From the NCBI GenBank assembly GCA_046328075.1, contig JAXLXG010000016.1:55196-119195 (forward strand): a stretch of 64,000 bases of DNA, read 5' to 3'. A model generated the notes under the pieces. That model did no database searches, was not told the DNA's origin, and was given only the letters and a program-made list of their open reading frames with translations. The translations under genes were made by a program, and so were the position numbers. This document shows positions 31,064 through 40,177 of this stretch, one piece after another. Every line of letters starts with the position of its first letter. Within the stretch, counting starts at the first letter, position 1. The stretch is from Candidatus Sericytochromatia bacterium (lineage in GTDB: Bacteria; Cyanobacteriota; Sericytochromatia; UBA7694; JACMQJ01).

Positions 31064-32344
31064 TTAAGTAAAACTCTCATTTATTTGTTTTAGTCGTTTT
31101 ACCCATTCATCGAGACCTGCAATATTATCAGGATAACTCATATAATGCATTTTTAATTCTTTAGATTTATTCATACAAGACTCCATTCTTAAGAGTATAC
31201 TTGGTCTTCTTATTCCTCTTAATGCTCTCTGAGCTTTATCAAGTGTACTTACATTTGCTATATCTCCAGTAATAGAGTCAAGTACATCTTTATTTGTTAT
31301 AACATCTTGTTTAAAAGCAAAATCTATATCATCAGGTGATAGACCTATTAAGCCACGTCTTAACATATCCATATAAGCTAAAATAGCTCCCTGAGATTTA
31401 TTATATTTTACATTAAATTTCCATAAACTTGATTGAGAAAAATCACCTTTTTCAAGTGATTCAATTATAACATCAGCTGCTATTTTTGCTCCAATCATAG
31501 ATGTAGTAGCTCCTGCTCCTTCCATTGGACTTATCATACAAGCTGCATCTCCTACAACAAGATAACCTTCTCCCACCATATTATATAAGTTTTGCCTTAA
31601 TGGTATTTTACCTTTAAGGCTTTTATCTGGGTTTCTTCTAGCTGTTGGAGCGTGTTCATCCAAAAATTTATAAAGAGTTTCTTTTAAGTTAATATTAGGG
31701 TTAATAGAACCAAAACCTATTTCTGTTGCGGTTCTCCAAACATATCCATCTGAAACAGCTAAATATGAATCAAGTGAACTTGTGTCATCAGGTGTATCAA
31801 ATTCTTCAAGATAAGCATTTGCAATATATTTAGGATCTAAATCTTTTTCTACTTTATAACCATCTGGTAATTGTTTTTTTGCAATACTATCAATTCCACT
31901 TGCATCAATAACAATTTTAGAGTCAAATGACTCACCACTTGAAGTTGTTATACCAACAACTTTATTATCTTGAATATTTAAATATTTAAATTCTGTACCA
32001 CCTTTAACTATTACACCTTTTTCTTTTGCATATCCTAATAATCTTTGATTCATAAGATGTCTATCAACAATTATAGATGTATGATCAACAACTTTTTTTG
32101 TTTTTCCAGTAGGAGAATAAATATTAAAGTTATCAATAAAGCTTATTAACTCATCACCTTGTGCTCTTGGAAATCCTGTTTCTGAAAAGGTATGAGTTTT
32201 TAGAACTCCACAACCTCTCATTTTGCCTATTGCGTCTTCTTCTGTTTTATCTATTATAAGAACACTTTTTCCAGATTTTGCAATATGAAAACCTGCTGTT
32301 ACTCCAGCAGGCCCTGCACCAAGAATTATTACATCAAAACTCAT
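31064..32344 (-). CDS. FAD-dependent oxidoreductase, geranylgeranyl-reductase-like family
   Basis: N-terminal Rossmann FDVIILGAGPAGVTAG.....GKSVLIIDK. 426 aa. Confidence 0.65.
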   Translation of the reverse strand: MSFDVIILGAGPAGVTAGFHIAKSGKSVLIIDKTEEDAIGKMRGCGVLKTHTFSETGFPRAQGDELISFIDNFNIYSPTGKTKKVVDHTSIIVDRHLMNQRLLGYAKEKGVIVKGGTEFKYLNIQDNKVVGITTSSGESFDSKIVIDASGIDSIAKKQLPDGYKVEKDLDPKYIANAYLEEFDTPDDTSSLDSYLAVSDGYVWRTATEIGFGSINPNINLKETLYKFLDEHAPTARRNPDKSLKGKIPLRQNLYNMVGEGYLVVGDAACMISPMEGAGATTSMIGAKIAADVIIESLEKGDFSQSSLWKFNVKYNKSQGAILAYMDMLRRGLIGLSPDDIDFAFKQDVITNKDVLDSITGDIANVSTLDKAQRALRGIRRPSILLRMESCMNKSKELKMHYMSYPDNIAGLDEWVKRLKQINESFT

Positions 32345-32772
32345 TTATTCACCTTTAATATTTTTGCTAATTTATAGGCATAAAAAATATGTAGAACTCA
32401 TAAAGTATCACATATTTTTTACAAGTATTTAATAAATATTTTAAAAAAGTTCAAATAGAATTTTTTTTCTAAACAAGAAAGAAATTAGTAAGCAAGAGTA
32501 GAAGAATTAGTAATCTCAATAATTTTGCAAGATTAACTTTCTCAAAACAATTTTATTTAAGTATAATATCACTTAATTATCAAGTTAAATGATTATATTT
32601 TTACTCATATTTGATATTTATAATTGATATTATTAATTTTTAGTTTCATATGTCTTACAATTTAAAAGAATTGATAAAACTTCTATTCCTTTAGTTTATT
32701 ATTTACAAATCTAGACATATAATTAAGCTTTAGTATTTGTAATAAGAAAAAATAATTAGGTTTTAATTTTTT

Positions 32773-33219
32773 ATGAAAATTGTTCTACAAAGAGTTAGCT
32801 ATGGTAGTGTAAAGGTTGATAATACTATTGTTGGAGAAATCTCAAAAGGTTTTGTAATTCTATTTGGTGTTGGACAAGAAGATACAGAAAAAAATGCAGA
32901 TTTTTTAGCAGATAAATGTTTAAATTTAAGAATATTTGAAGATGAACAAGGTAAAATGAATTTATCAATTAATGATATAAAAGGTGAAATACTTGTTGTT
33001 TCTCAATTCACTTTATATGGTGATACAAAAAAAGGACGTAGACCAAGTTTTGTTAATGCAGGTTCTCCTGAAAAAGCAGAAGAATTATATAATTACTTTG
33101 TAAAAAAATTAAGAGAAAGCAAATTAAAGGTTGAAACTGGAATATTTAGAGCAGATATGAAAGTCGAAATACATAATTCAGGACCAGTTACATTTATTTT
33201 AGATACAAAAGATTATTAA
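32773..33219 (+). CDS. dtd: D-aminoacyl-tRNA deacylase
   Basis: 148 aa. MKIVLQRV...[14 protein letters not shown] and C-terminal NSGPVT motif are typical of Dtd. Confidence 0.9.
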   Translation: MKIVLQRVSYGSVKVDNTIVGEISKGFVILFGVGQEDTEKNADFLADKCLNLRIFEDEQGKMNLSINDIKGEILVVSQFTLYGDTKKGRRPSFVNAGSPEKAEELYNYFVKKLRESKLKVETGIFRADMKVEIHNSGPVTFILDTKDY

Positions 33220-33463
33220 TATTAAAAATACACTTAAACAAAATTGCACTAAGAAAATTAATCTAATTGAAAGTATTGAAACTTCTACCTCTTTTCTTAT
33301 TGTCTTTTTACTTCTTCTCTTTTTATCTCCTAATTAGTTAACTTAAGGTAAAGCTTAATATAAATATCGTTAAAGTATATAGATTTTCCTTAACAGTATA
33401 AAATATAATAGTTTTAAATAAAATTTATTAATAAGCTAAGTTTTTATTAAGTTAGGAGGAATT

Positions 33464-34087
33464 ATGAATATTTTTGGGACAAATAATGTATCTACAATTA
33501 ATCCTTATTCCCCACAATCAGCTCCTAATGCAGCTTATACAAATAAAAGCGTTCAACCTACAAATGTATATAGTAGTGACTCAGTAAGTATATTAGCTAG
33601 AAGTGCAGCACAAACAGCTATCTTTGTTTCAGGTGGAGTTACAGGTTATAAATATCATGATGAAATAGCAGGTGTTGGTAAAAACTTTGGTAATGCAATA
33701 AAGTCGGGTTCAGCTAATGAAATAATGGATTCAGTTACCAATGGAACCAAAACAATGTTCACTACAACAGCAAGTGCAGCTGGAATTGGTGCCTTAATAT
33801 CAGGTGGAACATCTTTAATTTCAAATACATTATCTTTTGCTCAAGGAAGAACAGATACAGCAAATGCTACAGCAAATGTTGCAACAGATACAATAAAAGG
33901 TGCTGTATCTGGTATTGGTGGTGCACTTGGTGGTGGTCTTACACATATAGGTATGGGTATAATAGGTTTTACAGGAACACCCCTAGTAGTTGCAAGTGTT
34001 ATAGGTGGTGCAGTTGGAGCGGCTTTACTTGGTAGCACAATAAATACAGATTCTTTAAGATATAAAATCAGAAATGCAATAGGCTAA
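33464..34087 (+). CDS. Gly/Ala/Thr-rich protein with C-terminal glycine-zipper hydrophobic segment (bacteriocin- or pore-former-like candidate)
   Basis: 207 aa, Cys-free. N-terminal polar region, then GxxxG-rich tracts (GAVSGIGGALGGGLTHIGMGIIGFTG...VIGGAVGAALLGS). Preceded by an AGGAGG RBS. Confidence 0.4.
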   Translation: MNIFGTNNVSTINPYSPQSAPNAAYTNKSVQPTNVYSSDSVSILARSAAQTAIFVSGGVTGYKYHDEIAGVGKNFGNAIKSGSANEIMDSVTNGTKTMFTTTASAAGIGALISGGTSLISNTLSFAQGRTDTANATANVATDTIKGAVSGIGGALGGGLTHIGMGIIGFTGTPLVVASVIGGAVGAALLGSTINTDSLRYKIRNAIG

Positions 34088-34195
34088 AGAAATTAGAGAG
34101 TAAAAAGAAAAAAGTGAAAAGATAAAATCAAGAATATTCAATAACTTTAATTACTTAATTTTATCAAATCATTTTTGTTTAAGAATACAATTAAT

Positions 34196-36256
34196 TTATA
34201 AAGAATCGATTATTTTTTCCTTTATTTGAGTAATTTTTTCATTTTCTATTCTATTACTACCTGTAAATTCGACACCTAGTTTTTCACTCAAAATTAAGGT
34301 AATTAAAGTTTCTAATGCATTTGTTCCATTTTGTTTGTCACCACCCATTGAAACAACGGTTTTAGGGACTATATCAATTCCCCCCTCTTTAATTGCATCA
34401 GTGAATTTTGACATAACCTCTTGTAGTATTTGGAATTTAGCTCCACCATAAGCATTAACTTGTTCTTGCATAGCAATAGCTTTACCTATACCAACTTTAG
34501 CTTCTTTTTCAGCTTCAGCTTCAGCTATTTTTTTAATTTTTTCAGCTTCACCATCAGCTAGTATCTTTATTTTTTGAGAATCACCATCAGCAAGCATTTT
34601 TACCTTTTCAGATTCGGCTTTTGCTAATACTTTAATCTTTTCAGCTTCTTGTAAGGCTTTTCTAAAATCAGCTTTACCTTTATTTTCTTGTACTTCAATA
34701 TCAATAGATGAAGATGTTAAGTCTTTTTGTTGTTCTGCCCTTGCCTCTGATTCTCTTAAAACTTTCTCTTTTTCTGCAGCTCTTTGTTGTACCTCATAAG
34801 TTTTTACTTTTTCTTCTGCAATTTGTCTTTCTCTTAATTGAGTTAAAATAGTTTCAATTCTTGTATCATTAGAACCACCATTTGGAGTTCCTATTAAAAC
34901 TTCTTCTAAATCAAGATTATATCTTCTAAATTTTTCAGACATTTCTTGATTAGCTCTATCTTGAATCTCGTTTCTATTATGTATAAGCTCAATTAAAGTC
35001 TTTGTTTGACCAATATTTTTAAAATATGAACTAATCATTGGGTCAAGGGATTGTTCTACTAATTTTTTTATATCACCAAATCTTTGTATTACCAAAGGAG
35101 CCTTTTTATAATCTATATGTATAACTATACTTAGGGGTAATAAAGGTTCAAAAGCATCTTTTGTAATTAAAGAAACTTCTTTTAAATTCTCATCATATTT
35201 ATGTAAACCAATTTGAGAGCTAATCCATTTTAAAATAATATTAGTGGTTGGAACTTGAATTATCTTACCTGCATAGGTATTAAATGCGTATTTACCAGGC
35301 ATTAATGGTTCTTTCCAAACACCACTATAACCCTTTTCTACAAGCTCACCATGTGTATAATCATCACCACTTGTATCTGTACCTTTTTCTCCTGTATAAG
35401 AAACAACAACCCCAACATTTCCAACTTCTATAATTGTTTTTGGTATTAATTCTATTGTAGCAAAAAGCCTATTTATATAATATGTCCCGTCGACTAAAAC
35501 TTGGTGTTGACGTCCTCTATAACCTCCTGCTTTTAAAAATTTCTCTATATCTTGGAAATTATTATGATAAGTATTAATCTCATTCGGATTTTCACCAAGA
35601 ACAGGAGCTATTATATGTCCACTCGGTAATGATTTACCATCATGAACAGTAACAACACCAAGCATATCTTCTATACCTTTTATTATTACAGGTGTAAATG
35701 AATTTCTATCAAGTAATTTCTTGTGCATTTCTTTTATTGAAGCATCTTCTTCTTTATTATAATCAAGTGGTAAATAATAAATTTGATTAAAAGTAAAAAC
35801 AATAAACTGAGCAAGATTAATGGCATAAGTTCCCTCTCTTAAAATCTCTCTTTGAGGTCCTTTTTGCCCTCCATTTTCTAAAAAAGCTCTAACATTTTGA
35901 AATTTATTAGAATCTATAATAGTTTTTCCTAATGTTTGTACAGGTTCAAGAGAAGCTCCATCACGAGCAAATACGTATCCTATTTGACCTTGAGGGATAG
36001 TAACTAGTGGTAGTTTATGAATTCTATAAACAAAATGAGATCTAAAGTGTATACCACCTCTTAATAATTCAGGTTGAAATCCAGATTCATCATTTAAAGC
36101 TATTAATTTTTCATGTAAAGCACCTTTTGTTGACCATAATTTTTCTACAACGCCTACTTTATTATTAGGAACAATTCTTAAGCCTAAAATAAGTATTAAA
36201 ATAACTAGAATAAAAAATAAAATTGATAATATTATCAAAATTGTAAATGGAGTCAT
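34196..36256 (-). CDS. SPFH/Band-7 (flotillin-like) membrane protein with long EA-rich coiled-coil C-terminus
   Basis: N-terminal TM helix, SPFH domain, then KxxAEAEAEKEA-type repeats as in flotillins. 686 aa. Confidence 0.75.
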   Translation of the reverse strand: MTPFTILIILSILFFILVILILILGLRIVPNNKVGVVEKLWSTKGALHEKLIALNDESGFQPELLRGGIHFRSHFVYRIHKLPLVTIPQGQIGYVFARDGASLEPVQTLGKTIIDSNKFQNVRAFLENGGQKGPQREILREGTYAINLAQFIVFTFNQIYYLPLDYNKEEDASIKEMHKKLLDRNSFTPVIIKGIEDMLGVVTVHDGKSLPSGHIIAPVLGENPNEINTYHNNFQDIEKFLKAGGYRGRQHQVLVDGTYYINRLFATIELIPKTIIEVGNVGVVVSYTGEKGTDTSGDDYTHGELVEKGYSGVWKEPLMPGKYAFNTYAGKIIQVPTTNIILKWISSQIGLHKYDENLKEVSLITKDAFEPLLPLSIVIHIDYKKAPLVIQRFGDIKKLVEQSLDPMISSYFKNIGQTKTLIELIHNRNEIQDRANQEMSEKFRRYNLDLEEVLIGTPNGGSNDTRIETILTQLRERQIAEEKVKTYEVQQRAAEKEKVLRESEARAEQQKDLTSSSIDIEVQENKGKADFRKALQEAEKIKVLAKAESEKVKMLADGDSQKIKILADGEAEKIKKIAEAEAEKEAKVGIGKAIAMQEQVNAYGGAKFQILQEVMSKFTDAIKEGGIDIVPKTVVSMGGDKQNGTNALETLITLILSEKLGVEFTGSNRIENEKITQIKEKIIDSL

Positions 36257-36401
36257 AATCTTTTTCCTTTAAAAATATACATAAAAAATAGAATCAATAA
36301 AATTGATTAAAAAATATTTAGAGACTGTGTTTTATTTATCGCAGGTATTCATGGAATAAAAGATTATACTCAAACAATAAGAGCATTTTTTTCATAAATT
36401 T

Positions 36402-36491
36402 TCCTTTCGCCTACGAGGTTAGCTGACGGACTCAGGTTAGGAAATTACCTTACTCCTCTTTAGAAGATTCGCCCCAAATTTTGGTTCCCCC
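36402..36491 (-). promoter_or_regulatory. GC-rich structured element within a long 5' leader of the flotillin gene (candidate cis-regulatory RNA; function unknown)
   Basis: About 90 nt at roughly 50% GC inside AT-rich intergenic DNA (cctttcgcctacgaggttagctgacggactcaggttagg...gattcgccccaaattttggttcccccg). An extended -10 (TGTATAAT) lies on the minus strand at about 36533-36540. A 19-codon uORF (MKKMLLLFEYNLLFHEYLR) lies immediately downstream on the minus strand. Confidence 0.25.
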
Positions 36492-36574
36492 GTTTTTCAT
36501 ATAGAAAACTCGGCAAATTTTATATAGTTATATTATACAATATCCTGTTAATTTTATCTATATTTTTTTATAAG

Positions 36575-37795
36575 CTAAGCTGTTTGTTGAATTTTTTCTT
36601 TATCTTGTTCTTTAATCTGATTTATAAACTTTTTTAGTACTTTTGTACCAGATTCATACCCTTGTTGTATATACATTTCCAATAAAAATCTTCTATCATT
36701 TCTATAGATTGCAGAAAAAGGATCTCCCTCTAAAGGTTTCTCTGGTTCTATAAAGTAGATTTCAACACATCTTTTTGATAAGAAATCTTCAACTCCTTTA
36801 AAACCAGCTAATAAGCATAAATTTGTATTATACTCATTATTTATTACTTTTCCATTCTCATCTCTTACAAGTATTTTTGAAAGTAATTTTATTTTCTCAT
36901 TAATTTGTACAACCTTACGATAATCATTCGCAATATCTTTAGTTACAATTATTTCATAAACTTGCCCAACAATACTTGGAAAATCTTTAACTTCATTAAT
37001 TATAGGTTTTGTTATTGGTGCTGTAGTTACAATAAAAATATATTCAATTTCTGGATCAAGTTTTATCGCTCTTCCAAAAGGAGCATTTTTGGTTATACCA
37101 CCATCAACATATAATTTATTTTTTCCTTTTATATTTAGTTCTACAGGTGAGAACATTCCAGGTAAACAAGATGATGCTTGAACCACATTTTTTAAATGTT
37201 TAAATTTTTCTTTTAAATTTTCTTCTTGATTTTTCTTAAATTCAAAAGTTACAAATTCGCCATAATTATTTATTGGTTGACCTTTTATATACTCTGTATG
37301 TGCCAGTAAATCTGTTAATGAAACTGCACAAATAATATCATCAACAACCCTATCAGGTGTTCTTATATTTCTTTCTAATATATCAGAAATACCTGTATTA
37401 TTAAAGATTGAAAAGAAAGACATAGAGACTAGAGATCTAAGTCTTTGCCAAACATCCATTTGTAAATTTGCAAGTCTTTTTATTATTAAAAAAGGGTTTT
37501 TATCAATATCACCAAAAATATTTCTTATAGAGTCTTTTTTAGTAATGTCTCCTTTACCCCATAATTGATAAATTGATGTTTCATAAATCCAAGGTTGTAT
37601 AACACCTTTTTCTACAGATTGAGAAGTAAAATTTCCTTCAGCAACTAATTTAGTTACCATCCCAGCATTTAAAGCACCAGCAGAAGCACCAACAACAACA
37701 CTAGGTTTGATTCCTTGTTCTGCAAAACTCTTTATAACCCCAGCTTGAAATGCACCTTTGGCAATTCCACCAGTCATAACTAAAGCACATTTCAT
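36575..37795 (-). CDS. Patatin-like phospholipase
   Basis: Oxyanion GGIAKGAFQAG, GxSxG nucleophile GASAGALN, catalytic DGG (YVDGGITKN). 406 aa. Confidence 0.8.
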   Translation of the reverse strand: MKCALVMTGGIAKGAFQAGVIKSFAEQGIKPSVVVGASAGALNAGMVTKLVAEGNFTSQSVEKGVIQPWIYETSIYQLWGKGDITKKDSIRNIFGDIDKNPFLIIKRLANLQMDVWQRLRSLVSMSFFSIFNNTGISDILERNIRTPDRVVDDIICAVSLTDLLAHTEYIKGQPINNYGEFVTFEFKKNQEENLKEKFKHLKNVVQASSCLPGMFSPVELNIKGKNKLYVDGGITKNAPFGRAIKLDPEIEYIFIVTTAPITKPIINEVKDFPSIVGQVYEIIVTKDIANDYRKVVQINEKIKLLSKILVRDENGKVINNEYNTNLCLLAGFKGVEDFLSKRCVEIYFIEPEKPLEGDPFSAIYRNDRRFLLEMYIQQGYESGTKVLKKFINQIKEQDKEKIQQTA

Positions 37796-37897
37796 AACCT
37801 TAACCTCATTGTTAATTTAAGAAATTAATATCAACTATTATCATACTATATTTAGCTATTATAAGATTATTTTATTACAAAGAACTTAGTAATTTTT

Positions 37898-38891
37898 TTA
37901 CTTATTATATAATCTCCACCAATTCACAAAATCATCAACAGCTTCCATATTTGTTTGTTTTGGGATATACCCTAATAAGTCCTTTGCTTTTGAAATATTC
38001 ATTGTCATAGATTTTGCTAAAACACCCACACTATAACAAGTAATTACAGGTTCTTTATAATCAGGTGTAAATTTAGCCATTGTTTCTAAAAACCTTTGCT
38101 AAGTTATAGGCAATTTTAAAGGGAACTGTTTTTTTATTTAATTGAAAACCTAGTTTATTTAAAGTAGTTTCAACTAATTCCCACATAAGTATAGGCTCAC
38201 CATTTGTTATATTGTAATGTTGTCCTAAAGCTTTTTTTTCTGCATTTATAGATAATAAAACAGCATCAACAACATTTTTTACACTTGTTACATCAACAAT
38301 ATTTTTTCCATCACCTATAATTTTTAATCTTCCTGTATTATGAGCTTTTAAAAGTCTAGGCATTATAGTTGTGTCACCCTCACCAACAATTGCTCTAGGT
38401 CTTAATGAAACTGTTTCAATACCATCTTCAAAAGCTTTGTCTATAATCTTTTCAGCTTCATACTTTGTTGAAGCATAATAATTAACAAACTCTTTTGGAA
38501 GGAAATCTTCTTTCACATTAAATCTATCATTATAGTCAAAATAAATACTTGGTGTAGAGATATGAACTATTCTTTTTATCTCATTTTTTTTACAAGCTTT
38601 TACTATATTATCTGTAGCTAAGATATTTGCTCTATAAAACTCATCATATTTTCCCCAAGGAGAGGATAAAGCGGCTGAATGAATTATTATTTCTGCATCT
38701 TTTGTTAAGTTAAATAAAAAGTCTTTATCTTCTAAGCTTCCAACTTGAGTTTTTATACCTTGATTTTCTAAAATTTCAGCTTTCTTTTTATCTCTACCTG
38801 TAGCAACTACATCAAATCTATTATCTTTAGATAAAGTTTCAGCTATTTTACCACCCAAAAAGCCTGTTGCACCTGTTACTATTACTTTCAT
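37898..38891 (-). CDS. NAD-dependent epimerase/dehydratase (3beta-HSD family), interrupted by a frameshift at an A5/T5 run near 38084-38088
   Basis: GATGFLGGKIAE Rossmann motif and YASTK catalytic motif in the 272-aa ORF. The 60-aa downstream ORF (MAKFTPDYKEPVITCYSVGVLAKSMTMNISKAK) is the family C-terminus in another frame. Confidence 0.65.
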
Positions 38892-40028
38892 TTAATTACC
38901 ATTCCATTCAATATCATACATAATAGCCTCAGTTAAGCTAATATTATTTTTTCTAGCTATCTTTGCATAATGGTTTAAAGATTTAAACTGAGATATAAAA
39001 GGTTTCATATCCCCAACTCTAAAAACCACATCTTTAGATTTATAAAAATCTCTAAAAAATTCTTTACTATCATCTATATTTCTTATAGTTGGTAATTCAT
39101 ATATAAGCATAGCTAATGCAACCATTCTAGGGTTTTCAAGATCAGGATAAATTACTTTTCCATTTGTTTCATTTAAAAAAGCTTTTGATAATTTTTTTGA
39201 GAAAAGGTGGGTTCCGCTTGTTCCTCTTGGATTACATTCTATAGGATAGTAAATATTATCTTCTTTAGATTGAATAAAATCAAATGATATTTGTCCTGTA
39301 TAATCAAAGTTTTTAACGATTTTAGTTACAATCTCTTCAATTTCAGACACTTTAACAGATTTAAAATGAATTGTTGCTTTACCAGCACAATAGATACTTG
39401 GGTAAACACCATGAGCAAGTAATTTACCATTTTGAGCAACACTATAAGAACAAAAGGCATTACCATCTATAAACTCTTGTAATACCCAAGGATATTCTTT
39501 ATTAATTTTTATATTATCAATATTTTTATCATTTATAAAAACAGTTGATGCAAAACGTGAAAACTCTGGTTTTAAAACAAATTTTTCCTTATATTGAAGT
39601 CTATTTTTTAAAACATTTATATCTGACACTCTTTCACTTTTTGGATGTTTTATATCTAGTTTATTTAATATACCAATAAACTTATATTTACTATGTAACT
39701 GTTCTAATACACTTATATCTGAAACAAAAACCTTACAAAATTTCTCCAATTTTTTTAAGTACTTACCTACATAAAAAACTTCTTCACAAGTTGGTATTAG
39801 TAAATCTATTTTATACTCAATAATTATGTCTATCAGATCTTGTATAAAATCTTCTGTTTTAAGAGCCGGAGAGGCTAATAAGATATTTTTTTTAGCATAT
39901 TTTGAATTACCAGACATATTATCTTTAAATGTATCAGCAATATAAACATTAAAGCCACTAGTAGCGAATAAACGAGTTAAATCTAGTGTAAAAGGTGACC
40001 TTCCACCTGTAAATAATACATTTTTCAT
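38892..40028 (-). CDS. ATP-grasp domain protein
   Basis: 378 aa. Matches ATP-grasp-like ligase architecture (NVYIAD...LIPTCEEV..., central glycine-rich loop, C-terminal EcNPRG-like motif IECNPRG). Directly abuts the epimerase gene. Confidence 0.5.
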   Translation of the reverse strand: MKNVLFTGGRSPFTLDLTRLFATSGFNVYIADTFKDNMSGNSKYAKKNILLASPALKTEDFIQDLIDIIIEYKIDLLIPTCEEVFYVGKYLKKLEKFCKVFVSDISVLEQLHSKYKFIGILNKLDIKHPKSERVSDINVLKNRLQYKEKFVLKPEFSRFASTVFINDKNIDNIKINKEYPWVLQEFIDGNAFCSYSVAQNGKLLAHGVYPSIYCAGKATIHFKSVKVSEIEEIVTKIVKNFDYTGQISFDFIQSKEDNIYYPIECNPRGTSGTHLFSKKLSKAFLNETNGKVIYPDLENPRMVALAMLIYELPTIRNIDDSKEFFRDFYKSKDVVFRVGDMKPFISQFKSLNHYAKIARKNNISLTEAIMYDIEWNGN

Positions 40029-40177
40029 TAAAAGTCATAGGGATTAATAATAATACTTTGATAATTTTATCATTATAATTTGAGCTTAAGTTTGGAAAAA
40101 TTAAAAAGAAATTTAAAGTTTTTGCTTATGTAAAATTGTATTATCTTCTTATTTTTTACATTTTACTTTTTAGTCAC

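Noticed and set aside
33841-34038. 65-aa minus-strand ORF (Pro-rich) inside the Gly-rich gene
   Set aside because: It is the antisense reading of GGN/GCN-rich codons. No RBS and no independent support.
36257-36574. tRNA, tmRNA, SRP RNA or RNase P gene in the GC-rich intergenic island
   Set aside because: No cloverleaf, no GGGG...CCA tmRNA ends, and no GGAA-tetraloop with AGCAGC SRP domain IV motif could be fitted by eye. Kept only as a candidate structured leader.
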